Part shown: piece after piece, positions 35,131-45,061 of the stretch | Layout: every line of letters starts with the position of its first letter | Numbering within the stretch: position 1 is the stretch's first letter | NCBI GenBank assembly: GCA_035495615.1 | Contig: DATJFP010000041.1 | Span: 857-64,856, forward strand | DNA: 64,000 nt | From: Verrucomicrobiia bacterium | GTDB taxonomy: Bacteria; Omnitrophota; Omnitrophia; Omnitrophales; Aquincolibacteriaceae | Direction: 5' to 3' | Program-made: the position numbers and the translations under genes | The notes under the pieces: generated by a model | Told to the model about the DNA's origin: nothing | The model's input: the letters and a program-made list of their open reading frames with translations, nothing else | The model's database searches: none

Positions 35131-35784
35131 ATGAACCTTTTACCTAAAAATTCGGCCCGCTACGTCCTTCCTTTTCTCGTCTTTCTCCTTCTGACGGAAC
35201 TCCAGCGTTTTGGGACGCCCCAATCCATTTTCTGGATTTACGGCTTTAAAATCGCGGTGACCACGGCCGTTCTCCTGTTCTTGTTTCGCGGCCGCGGGGC
35301 GGAAATATCAGGACGATTCGATCCTGCAGCCGCCGGGCTCGGGCTGATTGTCCTCGCAATCTGGATTGTGCTGGGCAACAGCATACCCGCGGAGCGCGGG
35401 GTTTCTTTTGATCCAGGGGTTTTCGCGAACGTGCCGGTCAAAGCCTTTGCCGTCGGCCTGCGAATCCTGGGAGCTGCTGTCCTCGTGCCCGTGATCGAGG
35501 AACTCTTCTGGCGATCCTTTCTGATGCGCGCGTTCGTCAACCAGGAGGACTTTCTGTCTGTGCCGCTAGGCGCTTATACGCGCCTTTCCTTCTGGGGAAC
35601 CGTGGCCGCTTTCATGCTGGTCCACCGCTCCTGGGAATGGCCGGCCACGTTTCTAACCGGGGCTCTTTACGGCGGTTATCTCCTCAAGACCAAGAACCTC
35701 AAGGGCTGCATCCTGGCCCATGCCGTGACCAATTTCGGCCTTGCCGTCTATGTGCTCCTCACCCACCGGTGGTACTTCTGGTAG
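35131..35784 (+). CDS. CPBP family intramembrane glutamic endopeptidase (CAAX protease-like)
   Basis: Motif 1 EELFWRSF and a later HxxxN/H motif (LVHRSWE...ILAHAVTNF) lie within a polytopic membrane protein. Confidence 0.8.
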   Translation: MNLLPKNSARYVLPFLVFLLLTELQRFGTPQSIFWIYGFKIAVTTAVLLFLFRGRGAEISGRFDPAAAGLGLIVLAIWIVLGNSIPAERGVSFDPGVFANVPVKAFAVGLRILGAAVLVPVIEELFWRSFLMRAFVNQEDFLSVPLGAYTRLSFWGTVAAFMLVHRSWEWPATFLTGALYGGYLLKTKNLKGCILAHAVTNFGLAVYVLLTHRWYFW

Positions 35785-35814
35785 CCTCACGGGGATGCGT
35801 CCCGGGGCCTTTTA

Positions 35815-35823
35815 TGCTATAAT
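35815..35823 (+). promoter_or_regulatory. extended -10 promoter element TGcTATAAT upstream of the ABC-F gene
   Basis: TGCTATAAT at 35815-35823 is a perfect extended -10, about 62 nt upstream of the GTG start. Confidence 0.4.
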
Positions 35824-35885
35824 GCGGCCGCTTTTCCACGGACACCTCCTCGCGGAAAAAATCTGACTTTCAAAGGGTATTCCCC

Positions 35886-37508
35886 GTGATCGCAGCCAAC
35901 GGCGTCACTCTACAATACGGCAAGCGCGTGCTTTTCGAGAAGGTCGGCATCGCCTTTACTCCGGGCAATTGCTACGGCATCATCGGCGCGAACGGCTCCG
36001 GAAAATCGACCTTCCTGAAGATCCTTTCGGGCGAAATCGAGCCCAATGCCGGCGACGTCAGCCTGGCCCCGAATGCGCGGCTTTCCACGCTGAAGCAGGA
36101 TCAATTCGCCTATGACGAATACGACGTGCTCACCACCGTCATCATGGGCCATAAAAAACTCTACGACTGCATCCAGGAGCGCGAAAAGATCTACGCCAAT
36201 TTCAACGAGGACCAGGGACTGCGAGCCGCGGAGCTCGAAGACCAGTTCGCGGAAATGAACGGCTGGAGCGCGGAAGCCGACGCCGCGAAGCTCCTGAGCG
36301 ATCTCGGCATTCAGGAATCGCTCCACAGCATGAAGATGAAGCAGCTCGAAGCGCGGCAGAAAGTCCGTGTGCTCCTGGCCCAGGCGCTGTTCGGAGACCC
36401 GGACGTCCTTCTCCTCGACGAACCCACGAACCAGCTCGACGTGGAAACCAGCATGTGGCTGGAAGAATTCCTCTACGATTTCAAGAACACCGCCATCGTG
36501 GTTTCGCACGACCGCCATTTCCTCGACAAAGTCTGCACGCACATCTGCGACATCGACTTCGGCAAGATCCAGCTGTATGCCGGCAACTATTCTTTCTGGT
36601 ACGAATCCAGCCAGCTCGCCCTGCGGCAGAAACAGGAAGGCAATAAAAAGGTCGAGGAGAAGCGCAAAGAACTGCAGGCGTTCATCTCGCGGTTCAGCGC
36701 CAATGCTTCCAAGTCCCGCCAGGCCACTTCCCGCAAAAAGTTACTGGAAAAACTGACGCTCGAAGATATCCGGCCCTCCTCCCGCAAATATCCTTATGTC
36801 GCGTTCAAATCGGAGCGCGAGGCCGGCAACGATCTTCTCGACATCGAAGGGCTGACCAAGTCCGTAGACGGCAAGGTCATGTTCCGCAATTTCGTGCTTC
36901 ACGTGAATAAGGGCGACAAAATCGCATTCATCGGCCGCAACGACCTGGCCAAGACCACGCTGTTCCAAATCCTCATGGGCGAAACCGCGCAGGACGGCGG
37001 CACCTTCAAATGGGGCGCTTCCACGACGCGGGCCTACTTCCCCAAGGAAAACAGCAAGTACTTCGACACGGACCTCAGCCTTGTGGACTGGCTGCGGCAG
37101 TTCTCGAACGAGAAAGACGAAAACTTCATCCGCGGCTTCCTGGGACGCATGCTCTTTTCCGGGGAAGAATCGCTCAAAAGCGCGCGCGTGCTCTCCGGCG
37201 GCGAGAAAGTGCGCTGCATGCTGTCCAAGATGATGCTGACCGGCTCGAACGTGCTGATCCTCGACGAGCCCACGAACCATCTCGACCTGGAATCCATTAC
37301 CGCGCTCAATACCGGCATGGAGCAATGCAAAGGCACGATCCTCTTTTCCTCGCATGACCATCAGTTCGTCCAGACCGTCGCCAACAGGATCGTCGAGATC
37401 ACGCCGAATGGTTTCATCGACCGCCAGCAGACGACCTTCGACGAATACCTCATGGACGAGCACATCAAGAAGCGCCGCGAAGCGCTCTACTTGCAGCCCC
37501 AGGCCTAA
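35886..37508 (+). CDS. ybiT: ABC-F family ATPase, YbiT-like
   Basis: Two ABC cassettes with Walker A GANGSGKST and GRNDLAKTT and signatures LSGGEK. Strong colinear similarity to remembered E. coli YbiT (RVLLAQALF.DPD.LLLDEPTN.LD, FISRFSANASKSRQATSR). Confidence 0.9.
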   Translation: MIAANGVTLQYGKRVLFEKVGIAFTPGNCYGIIGANGSGKSTFLKILSGEIEPNAGDVSLAPNARLSTLKQDQFAYDEYDVLTTVIMGHKKLYDCIQEREKIYANFNEDQGLRAAELEDQFAEMNGWSAEADAAKLLSDLGIQESLHSMKMKQLEARQKVRVLLAQALFGDPDVLLLDEPTNQLDVETSMWLEEFLYDFKNTAIVVSHDRHFLDKVCTHICDIDFGKIQLYAGNYSFWYESSQLALRQKQEGNKKVEEKRKELQAFISRFSANASKSRQATSRKKLLEKLTLEDIRPSSRKYPYVAFKSEREAGNDLLDIEGLTKSVDGKVMFRNFVLHVNKGDKIAFIGRNDLAKTTLFQILMGETAQDGGTFKWGASTTRAYFPKENSKYFDTDLSLVDWLRQFSNEKDENFIRGFLGRMLFSGEESLKSARVLSGGEKVRCMLSKMMLTGSNVLILDEPTNHLDLESITALNTGMEQCKGTILFSSHDHQFVQTVANRIVEITPNGFIDRQQTTFDEYLMDEHIKKRREALYLQPQA

Positions 37509-37555
37509 AAACTATTCCTGATTTCGGGACAATGCGGTAAGATGATCCCGCCATC

Positions 37556-39535
37556 ATGGACCCTCAAAAAAGTGCTTACATCCGGGAAAATTTCCGCAAG
37601 AAAACCGTCCGCGAGCTTTCGCGCGACCTGAATCTCAGCCGCAAAAAAATCGAAGAAGAAATCGGGCGGCTTTCGGGGAAAGTGAAAACCGGGGAGACCG
37701 CGGCGCCGGCGCCGGCCGCGCCCGCCGAACCCGTTTCCCGCAAGCAGCACCTGATCGCGGCGGGCGTCCTCCTGCTTTTTACCCTTTGCCTGTACGCCCG
37801 GACGATTTCCTACCCGTTCAGCAACTGGGACGACCAGGAATACGTGGTCGACAACCCGGATATCCGCAGCATGTCGTCGGAGAACGTCCACCGCTTTTTT
37901 ACCAAGTCTTACGTCGGCATCTACGCGCCGCTGACCATGCTGAGCCTCGCGGGCGATTACCAGCTTTATCATTTCAATGCCATCGGTTATCACGCGACCA
38001 ACCTCGCGCTCCATGCGGCCAATGCCGTACTGCTTTATCTCATCCTGCTCGCCTTGACCGGACAATGGAACCTGGCTCTCGGCATCGCGCTGCTGTTCGC
38101 GGTCCATCCGGTCCAGCCGGAATCGGTGGTCTGGATTTCCCAACGAAAAAACGTCCTGTCCTTTTTCCTTTTTCTGAGCGCCTTCCTGGCCTACATCCGG
38201 CATTATGAATCGCCGAAGCGGTCTTTGCTTTGGTACGCCGCCTCGTTCGCGCTCTTTGTGCTGTCGTGCATGGCCAAGCCGCTCTCGGTCACGTTGACGG
38301 GCATTTTGTTCGCCTATGACTACTGTTACAAGCGTCTCAATGCCAAGGCCTTCCTGCGCTACCTTCCTTTTGTCGCGATCTCTGTCGTCTTCGGCCTCAT
38401 CTCGATCCACATCGCCCAGAGCGCCACAAAGGGCGATTACATCGGAAACAGCCGCTGGGTGACGTTTCTCACGGTCATGGTGGCCATGATGAAGTACGTA
38501 CAGCTCATTTTCGTCCCGGTCAACCAAAGCATTTTGTATCCGTTTCCGCTCTACAGGACGATTTTCCATCCGCACATCCTGCTTTCCATGGCCGGGCTCG
38601 CGGCGCTCGGCTTTGGATTTTTCCAGCTGTGGAAAAGAGACCGGAAACTTTTTTTCTGGGGCGCATGGTACCTCGTTCTCCTGGCGCCGGTCTTGAACAT
38701 CATCCCCCTTCTCGACTACATGCAGGACCGCTGGCTTTATCTGCCCGTCGCCGGGATCTTCATGATCGTTTTCACGCTGCTGCAAAGAAAGACGGGCAAA
38801 GGCCTGGTGAACACGCTCATGGCGATCCTGGTCTTCGTGTATGCCCTTTTAAATCTGAACCGCCAGCAGGTCTGGGCCAATCCCCAGAACCTGTGGCTGG
38901 AGACGCGGCGCGTGACGGAGAACGTGTGGAGTTCGCCCTATTACAACCTGGGCTATTATTATGTGAAACAGGGAAGGCTGGACGACGCCGTGGCGGAGTT
39001 TCAAAAAACCATCAACCGTTTCAATCTTCCCGGCGCCTGGGGCGGCATCGGCACGGTATTGAGCAAGCAAGGCAAGCTGGACGAAGCCATTCCTTATTTT
39101 CAGAAAGCCCTGGAGCTGGCGCCCGAGGAACCGGTTTTCTACAATGAATTGGGGCTCATTTATAAGGAAAAGCAGCAATACGACCTGGCGCTGGATCAAT
39201 ACGAAAAATCCCTTCAAAGGGACTCGGCGAATCCGGACACTTACAATAATAAGGCCGTAGTCCTGGCTCTGATGAGCCGCAATGACGAGGCGGACCGGGT
39301 TTTCCAGCAGAGCCTGGGAAAAGATCCGGATTTCGCGGAAACGCTGATCAATTATGCCAGCTTCCTTTATAAGACCAGCCGCTTCGATGAATCGGAAAAG
39401 TACGCCCGTAAATTCCTTTCGCTCTATCCCAATTCCGAATACCGCCCCCTGGCCCTGCGGCTCATGCAGAACATCAATGCGGCAAAAAAAACAACGGCTT
39501 CGCTCCAAAAGTCCGAATGGAAAACGGCCCAATAA
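37556..39535 (+). CDS. PMT-family (GT39/ArnT-like) membrane glycosyltransferase fused to C-terminal TPR repeats
   Basis: An N-terminal polytopic domain begins YPFSNWDDQEYV, typical of bacterial PMT-like proteins. The C-terminal ~200 aa are TPR repeats (YYNLGYYYVKQGRLDDAVAEFQKTI...). Confidence 0.75.
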   Translation: MDPQKSAYIRENFRKKTVRELSRDLNLSRKKIEEEIGRLSGKVKTGETAAPAPAAPAEPVSRKQHLIAAGVLLLFTLCLYARTISYPFSNWDDQEYVVDNPDIRSMSSENVHRFFTKSYVGIYAPLTMLSLAGDYQLYHFNAIGYHATNLALHAANAVLLYLILLALTGQWNLALGIALLFAVHPVQPESVVWISQRKNVLSFFLFLSAFLAYIRHYESPKRSLLWYAASFALFVLSCMAKPLSVTLTGILFAYDYCYKRLNAKAFLRYLPFVAISVVFGLISIHIAQSATKGDYIGNSRWVTFLTVMVAMMKYVQLIFVPVNQSILYPFPLYRTIFHPHILLSMAGLAALGFGFFQLWKRDRKLFFWGAWYLVLLAPVLNIIPLLDYMQDRWLYLPVAGIFMIVFTLLQRKTGKGLVNTLMAILVFVYALLNLNRQQVWANPQNLWLETRRVTENVWSSPYYNLGYYYVKQGRLDDAVAEFQKTINRFNLPGAWGGIGTVLSKQGKLDEAIPYFQKALELAPEEPVFYNELGLIYKEKQQYDLALDQYEKSLQRDSANPDTYNNKAVVLALMSRNDEADRVFQQSLGKDPDFAETLINYASFLYKTSRFDESEKYARKFLSLYPNSEYRPLALRLMQNINAAKKTTASLQKSEWKTAQ

Positions 39536-39607
39536 CTTTTCCCGCGGTTTAGATTAGGGCCGGCTTTGTCGAAATATCATCGGAACGCTGTCAACGCGCA
39601 CTCATCC

Positions 39608-40318
39608 ATGAAAACATCGAAACCCATTTGGTTCCGTTATAAATTCATGCTCCCTGCGGGAAAGACGCAGGAATTCCATCTGGAGCTGGATCCGGAAACG
39701 CTCGCGCTTATCCCCCAACCGCGGACCGATTATCCGGACTGGACGCGGCTGTCTCATTTTCAATGCGCGCATTGCCCGCTCAAAGAGGCGGATTCGCCGC
39801 GTTGTCCGATTGCCGCCAACCTCGTCGACGTCATCGAGTTTTTTAAATCGGCGGTTTCCTACGAGGAAATCGACCTGGAAGTCGAAAGCCCTTCGAGAAC
39901 CTATAAGGCGCGCACCGCCCTTCAGTATGCGCTCAGCTCCCTCATCGGCCTTTACATGGTGACGAGCGGCTGTCCGGTCATGGACAAATTGCGGCCGCTG
40001 GCCGCGTTTCATCTTCCGCTGGCCAGCACCGCGGAATCCACGTTCCGCTCGCTTTCGATGTATCTCCTGGCCCAGTGGTTTCTTCAAAGAAAAGGCGAAA
40101 CGCCGGACTGGTCCTTAAAGGACCTGGAAAAAATCTATGCGGACATCCAGACCCTCAACGAATGGTTCCTCAAAAGGGTCCAGGCCGTGCACATTCAGGA
40201 CGCGGGGCTGAATGCGGTTTTCCATCTGGACTGCCACGCCCAGTACACCAATTTATTCCTGACTGCCGAAGGGCTCGACAACATCGTCCGGTTCTTTCAT
40301 CCTTATTTAAATCCTTGA
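39608..40318 (+). CDS. hypothetical protein (236 aa)
   Basis: ORF with good coding statistics and no recognisable family. Start set at MKTSKPIWF. Confidence 0.5.
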   Translation: MKTSKPIWFRYKFMLPAGKTQEFHLELDPETLALIPQPRTDYPDWTRLSHFQCAHCPLKEADSPRCPIAANLVDVIEFFKSAVSYEEIDLEVESPSRTYKARTALQYALSSLIGLYMVTSGCPVMDKLRPLAAFHLPLASTAESTFRSLSMYLLAQWFLQRKGETPDWSLKDLEKIYADIQTLNEWFLKRVQAVHIQDAGLNAVFHLDCHAQYTNLFLTAEGLDNIVRFFHPYLNP

Positions 40319-40451
40319 TCTTCCGCCGGCTCAAGGCCTTGTTTATTTTTTAGTCAGGGCCGTGTGACAAAAAAATTCAGTCCCGTAGAGCCGTCCCTCA
40401 CGGCGCCCCCGCATCTCCAATAAAAACAATGACTTAAGATCTCGTTTTTCG

Positions 40452-40467
40452 TGGCACGCAATTTGAA
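40452..40467 (+). promoter_or_regulatory. candidate sigma-54 (-24/-12) promoter TGGCACG-N4-TTGAA upstream of hsp20
   Basis: TGGCAC at 40452-40457 and TTGAA at 40463-40467 have the correct spacing, with one mismatch to the TTGCW consensus. It lies 45-60 nt upstream of the hsp20 RBS AAGGAGG. Confidence 0.35.
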
Positions 40468-40512
40468 ATTCGCCTCAGCGGAAAAACATCAATCCAAGAA
40501 GGAGGAAATACC

Positions 40513-40959
40513 ATGGAACTCGTCAGAAAAATAAATGGCTGGGATCCGTTCGACATCCTCGAAGATCTTCAAACGGACATGAACCGTGTTTTCAACCGGT
40601 CTCTCCAGAAGAGAGAGGGTTTGGAGAATGCCTTTCAGCCCCATCTCGAAGTGCGGGAAGATGCGGAAGCCTACATTTTAAGCGCGGATCTGCCCGGCTT
40701 GAAGAAAGAAGACTTTTCCATCACGGTGCAAGGAAACCGTCTGGTCTTGAAAGGAGAAAGGAAACAGGAAAAAGAATTGACGGAAAAAGGAATGCATTAC
40801 TCCGAGAGATCCTACGGCTCCTTCATGCGGAGCATGGAGTTTCCGGTCGAAGTGGCCGCCGACAAAGTCAAGGCGAGTTATAAAGACGGCGTCCTCGAGA
40901 TCAACTTGCCCAAGGCTGAGAATGCCAAGCCCAAGCAAGTGTCGGTTGAAGTGAAATAA
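40513..40959 (+). CDS. hsp20: Hsp20/alpha-crystallin family small heat-shock protein
   Basis: Alpha-crystallin domain (AYILSADLPGLKKEDFSITVQGNRLVLKGERK...GSFMRSMEFP...KASYKDGVLEINLPK). Confidence 0.9.
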   Translation: MELVRKINGWDPFDILEDLQTDMNRVFNRSLQKREGLENAFQPHLEVREDAEAYILSADLPGLKKEDFSITVQGNRLVLKGERKQEKELTEKGMHYSERSYGSFMRSMEFPVEVAADKVKASYKDGVLEINLPKAENAKPKQVSVEVK

Positions 40960-41012
40960 TGTTTCCGGAGCCCGGCGGATTACCGCCGGGCTCCGGTTCC
41001 TGGAGGAATACC

Positions 41013-41738
41013 ATGGAAACGCCTAATACAAATGCTGCTCCTGACAAAACAACGATGCCCGGTTGGGCTGTCGCCATTTTGGTATTGCTCGTGGCTTTGC
41101 TATGCCTTCAGTCCGTGCTTTTGGTGAAGACGATCAAAAACGACAGAGCCATCAGAAGGTTTGCGATTCAGAAACAAGTGTGGGATGCCAATCGAGCCGC
41201 GGCCGCGCTTCCGCAAAGAATGAACAGGCAAAGCTCCGCCGCTTATCAGCCTCTCCCAAACCGCTTTTACGGGCCGAGCCCTTACGGTTCTTACAGCGCT
41301 TCTCAGTTGGAAGACAGCATGAATCGGCTTTTCACAAATCTTCTGTCCAATTTTGCAGCGCCCTTATCGAGCATGATGGCAAGCCCGGCCGCGGCAGACT
41401 TTGATTTCATGCCTACCGCAGACATGGAAGAAAAAGACAATCTTTATATTGTGAAAGTGGACCTGCCCGGCTTGGACAAGGACCAGATCAACATCACGGT
41501 GAGAGACGGCTTGCTCACCATCGAAGGCGTTAGGAAATCTGAGTCCGAATCCAAAGACGACAAGACCGGATTTTATTCCCAGGAGCGCAGCTATGGATCG
41601 TTTTCCAGATCACTTCCGCTTCCCGGCCCTGTGGATGATGCCGGAATCAAGGCGGATTATGCCAATGGAGTTCTGACGATCCAGCTCCCCAAGAAGCCGG
41701 GAACCGAAAAAAATGCGACGAAGGTAAGCGTGCAGTGA
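41013..41738 (+). CDS. membrane-anchored Hsp20 family protein
   Basis: An N-terminal TM helix (GWAVAILVLLVALLCLQSVLLV) and a ~90-aa linker precede a canonical alpha-crystallin domain (LYIVKVDLPGLDKDQINITVRDGLLTIEG...GSFSRSLPLP...ADYANGVLTIQLPKK). RBS GGAGGA. Confidence 0.8.
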   Translation: METPNTNAAPDKTTMPGWAVAILVLLVALLCLQSVLLVKTIKNDRAIRRFAIQKQVWDANRAAAALPQRMNRQSSAAYQPLPNRFYGPSPYGSYSASQLEDSMNRLFTNLLSNFAAPLSSMMASPAAADFDFMPTADMEEKDNLYIVKVDLPGLDKDQINITVRDGLLTIEGVRKSESESKDDKTGFYSQERSYGSFSRSLPLPGPVDDAGIKADYANGVLTIQLPKKPGTEKNATKVSVQ

Positions 41739-41761
41739 GTTTCAGAGCGGAGAAATAAAAA

Positions 41762-41795
41762 AGGCCCGGAGGATTTCCTCCGGGCCTTTTTTATT
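41762..41795. terminator. bidirectional Rho-independent terminator between hsp20-2 (+) and glnN (-)
   Basis: The AGGCCCGGAGG-ATTTC-CTCCGGGCCT stem is flanked by an A-run on the left and a T-run on the right. Confidence 0.75.
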
Positions 41796-41805
41796 GAAAC
41801 TATTC

Positions 41806-43989
41806 TTACTTGATGAACAGCATCTCCTGGTACGTCGGAAGCGTCCAGAGATCATCCGCCACAAGCGTTTCCAGCTGGTCCGCGTATTTCCGGACCGTCC
41901 CCATCGCGGGAAGAACTTTGTAGCAGTAATACTCCGCTTCGGCTTCCAGGCTCTTGGCGCCGTGGTGTTCCTTGAGCTTCTCCAGAGCGCTGATGCTGCT
42001 CTGCAGGCCCTTCACGGCGGCCACAACCTCATCCAGCGTCGTGCTGTCGAACTTCACGCCGGCGGTTTTAGCAGCGGCCGCGGCCTGACAGAGTTCGGTC
42101 TGATAGCGGACAGCCGCAGGAAGGATCATGGTCTGGGCCATCTTCACGACGAGGTTGGATTCCAGGTTGATCGTCTTGCAGTACTGTTCCACGTAAATAT
42201 CGTGGCGGCTTTCGAGCTCGCGCTTCGAGAGCACCTTGTACTTGGCAAAAAGATCAGCGGCTTCCTTGGTCTTGGCGGCCTTGATCGCCTCGACCGTGGT
42301 CTTATCGTTCGGAAGACCGCGCTTGGCGGCTTCCTTGTGCCACGCTTCGGAATAGCCGTCGCCGTTGAAAACGACAGCGCCGTGTTCATCGATGATTTCC
42401 TTGAGCAGCTTCTGCACGGCGGCATTCAGCTTCTTGGAATCACCTTTGGTGGCCTTCTCGAGTTCCGTCGCAACGTAATCGAGGGAATCGGTGAGGGCCG
42501 TGAGAAGCATGACCAGCGGACCGGCCAGCGACATGCTGGAACCGACCGCGCGGAACTCAAACCTGTTGCCGGTGAAGGCAAACGGGCTGGTGCGGTTACG
42601 GTCGCCGGCATCCGAGGGAAGCGGCGGCAGCGTGTCGACGCCGACCACGAGCTTGTCTTTCTTCTTGGACGACTTGGCTCCGCCCTTCTTGATCTGATCG
42701 AACACGTCGGCAAGCTGCTCGCCGAGGAAGATCGAGATGATCGCCGGAGGAGCTTCGTTCGCGCCGAGGCGGTGGTCGTTATTGGCCGTGGCGACGGAAG
42801 CGCGCAACAGGTACGAATACTTGTGGACCGCGCGGATCGTGGCGGCGCAGAAAACGAGGAACTGCGCGTTTTCGTGCGGCGTCTCGCCCGGATCGAACAG
42901 GTTACCCTGCGTGCTGTTGCTGATCGAGAAATTCAGGTGCTTGCCCGAGCCGTTGATGCCCGCGAAAGGCTTCTCGTGCAGGAGGCAGGTCATGCCGTAC
43001 TTCTCGGCGACACGCTTCAGGGTATACATGAGGAGCTGCTGGTGGTCCGTGGCGATGTTCGCGCTCTCGTACAGAGGGGCGATTTCGTACTGGGCCGGAG
43101 CAACTTCGTTGTGGCGGGTCTTCACCGGGACGCCGAGCTTGAAGAGCTCACGCTCGCATTCGAGCATGAACGCAAGCACGCGTTCGGGAATCGCGCCGAA
43201 ATAGTGGTCTTCGAATTCCTGGCCGCGCGGCGGCTTGGCGCCGAAGAGCGAACGGCCGCAATTCAGAAGGTCCGGACGGGCGTAGTAGAAATTGCGGTCG
43301 ATCAGGAAGTATTCCTGCTCGGGACCCGCGTTCGCCACGACACGGGAAATCGCCGTGTGGCCGAACAGGCGCAGGATGCGCTGCGCGTGAACATTCATGG
43401 CCTGCTGGGCGCGGAGAAGCGGCGTCTTCTTGTCGAGCGCTTCGCCGGTCCAGGACACGAACGCCGTCGGAATGCAAAGCGTCGTCCCATTCGGATTTTC
43501 GAGGATGTACGCCGGGCTCGTCACGTCCCAAGCCGTATAACCGCGGGCTTCGAACGTCGCGCGGATGCCGCCGCTCGGAAAGCTGGAGGCATCGGGTTCC
43601 CCCTGGATAAGCTGCTTGCCCGTGAATTCCGCGATCGCCGAACCGTCACCCGTCGGCGTGAGGAAGCTGTCATGCTTCTCGGCCGTGGAGCCGGTCAAAG
43701 GATAGAAAACGTGGGCGTAATGCGTGGCGCCCTTTTCGATGGCCCAATCGCGCATGGCCGCAGCCACAACGTCCGCGATCGTGGAATCGATCTTCTCACC
43801 CTTCTCGATCGTCTTCATCAGAGAAATGTAGATGTCTTTAGGCAGCCGGGCCTTCATGACCGACGGACTAAAAACATTCGTTCCAAACAAACTCCCCGTC
43901 GAAGTCTCCGCGAAATTCAGAGGCTCCGAAATGGGCTCGTAACCGGTAACGGCCTTAACAGCCTGTAGACGTGCAGTACTTCCGCTCAT
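41806..43989 (-). CDS. glnN: glutamine synthetase type III (GlnN)
   Basis: 727 aa, GSIII size. The N-terminal MSGS...FGTNVFS...[10 protein letters not shown] and internal GS catalytic-domain motifs (e.g. [10 protein letters not shown]) are present. Confidence 0.9.
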   Translation of the reverse strand: MSGSTARLQAVKAVTGYEPISEPLNFAETSTGSLFGTNVFSPSVMKARLPKDIYISLMKTIEKGEKIDSTIADVVAAAMRDWAIEKGATHYAHVFYPLTGSTAEKHDSFLTPTGDGSAIAEFTGKQLIQGEPDASSFPSGGIRATFEARGYTAWDVTSPAYILENPNGTTLCIPTAFVSWTGEALDKKTPLLRAQQAMNVHAQRILRLFGHTAISRVVANAGPEQEYFLIDRNFYYARPDLLNCGRSLFGAKPPRGQEFEDHYFGAIPERVLAFMLECERELFKLGVPVKTRHNEVAPAQYEIAPLYESANIATDHQQLLMYTLKRVAEKYGMTCLLHEKPFAGINGSGKHLNFSISNSTQGNLFDPGETPHENAQFLVFCAATIRAVHKYSYLLRASVATANNDHRLGANEAPPAIISIFLGEQLADVFDQIKKGGAKSSKKKDKLVVGVDTLPPLPSDAGDRNRTSPFAFTGNRFEFRAVGSSMSLAGPLVMLLTALTDSLDYVATELEKATKGDSKKLNAAVQKLLKEIIDEHGAVVFNGDGYSEAWHKEAAKRGLPNDKTTVEAIKAAKTKEAADLFAKYKVLSKRELESRHDIYVEQYCKTINLESNLVVKMAQTMILPAAVRYQTELCQAAAAAKTAGVKFDSTTLDEVVAAVKGLQSSISALEKLKEHHGAKSLEAEAEYYCYKVLPAMGTVRKYADQLETLVADDLWTLPTYQEMLFIK

Positions 43990-44095
43990 TGTTGAAATCT
44001 CCTTCTGATGTGTTGGGATTTTATCCTGCTGCCAGGATTTCCGGGGGCAAATTTGAATAAAGCCGTAAAATTCACGTAAGAAAAAATAGGACCGT

Positions 44096-44122
44096 ATTAT
44101 AGCGGATTCCCTACAGATGCAA
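44096..44122 (-). promoter_or_regulatory. candidate glnN promoter (TTGCAT-15 nt-TATAAT on the minus strand)
   Basis: The reverse complement of 44096-44122 reads TTGCAT...TATAAT, about 105 nt upstream of the glnN ATG. Confidence 0.35.
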
Positions 44123-44235
44123 AGCTCAAAATTCCTCGATTTTTCAAGGCCTGCAGGGCGATAAGATTCTTCGTGTTAGCGTTTGGAGCATATTAAGCAT
44201 GGGTGATAAATAATTTTATGAATTGCTCCCGGATG

Positions 44236-44277
44236 GAGAAATAAATACAAAGGGCCAGAACGAATTCTGGCCCTTTG
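44236..44277 (-). terminator. Rho-independent terminator (minus strand)
   Basis: The minus-strand RNA reads CAAAGGGCCAGAA-UUCG-UUCUGGCCCUUUG followed by UAUUUAUUUCUC. Confidence 0.5.
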
Positions 44278-44438
44278 AAAAAAATGGAATGAGTCCATCT
44301 GCTACGCCTGCGAGATTAGCTCCCCTGGGTTCGGACTGCAGATTATAGCCCGTCTGCCTCGCGGCAAATTCACCCGTAACTGGTTCTCCCGCTCCCCGGA
44401 TGGGAATTAGGCGGCACTTCCGGATACGTTGCCCAGGC

Positions 44439-44732
44439 TTAGTAAGCCGCCGCCTTGGCCGCCGTATCGACGGAAGTCGCTGCACCGGCATCATCCGTGG
44501 CGACAGTCACTTTCTCGCCAACGAGGCTAGCCGGATCCGTAACGCCCGCAGGCCACTTGGTCGTGGCGCTGTAAGCCACCCAAGAAGAACCCGCGTCCGT
44601 CGCGATTTCCAGCTTGCTCTGCTGAGCATCCACAGACTGAACGGTGCCTTCAACGCTAGCCGCGAACGTCACTCCCTGGAGGGAAGCAATCGCCACGAGC
44701 ATCACAACAACGATGAAGAACGCTTTTTTCAT
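44439..44732 (-). CDS. small secreted protein (97 aa)
   Basis: RBS AAGGAGGTG, signal peptide MKKAFFIVVVMLVAIASLQGVTFA, and an Ala/Thr/Ser-rich mature part. Confidence 0.55.
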   Translation of the reverse strand: MKKAFFIVVVMLVAIASLQGVTFAASVEGTVQSVDAQQSKLEIATDAGSSWVAYSATTKWPAGVTDPASLVGEKVTVATDDAGAATSVDTAAKAAAY

Positions 44733-44779
44733 TTGTATCACCTCCTTTCGTTATTGAAATCCCTGGCCTAAGCCAGGCC

Positions 44780-44842
44780 AAAAAAAAAGCCTTCTAATTT
44801 TGTTCGGACCTCCCTTGCGGGCGCCACGCAAAATTAAAAGGC
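44780..44842 (-). terminator. Rho-independent terminator downstream of rlmI (minus strand)
   Basis: The minus-strand RNA has a 14-bp stem (13/14 pairs) of GCCUUUUAAUUUUG...CAAAAUUAGAAGGC, followed by U9. Confidence 0.6.
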
Positions 44843-45061
44843 TCTATTTGTTTGCCGTCAGCGATCGACCTATCGCTGCTACCCAGTCGGCCTCAACGAA
44901 GCCGTTTCCATGTAAGGGGGGCTGGGACTCTTTCGGAAATATGATCTCCGGTTAACTGCCTGAGAATTCTAATAAATTTGTCATGGAATATCAATATGAT
45001 GATAGCGATTGATTGTTAATGCTATATCTGCCTCTGAGGAAGGACCGATTGAAAATGAACT

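Noticed and set aside
44216-44494. 92-aa minus-strand ORF between glnN and the small secreted-protein gene. I also considered a tmRNA, tRNA or SRP RNA here.
   Set aside because: The translation is Arg/Pro-rich nonsense. I found no tRNA-like T-arm (GGTTCGAATCC-type) or tmRNA tag-peptide frame, so the region is treated as a structured 3' UTR and reported only as a low-interest finding.
44763-44788. CCTGGCCTAAGCCAGG hairpin followed by A9 as a plus-strand terminator.
   Set aside because: An A-run rather than a U-run follows it on the plus strand. The functional terminator is the larger minus-strand hairpin + U9 (44780-44842) serving rlmI.
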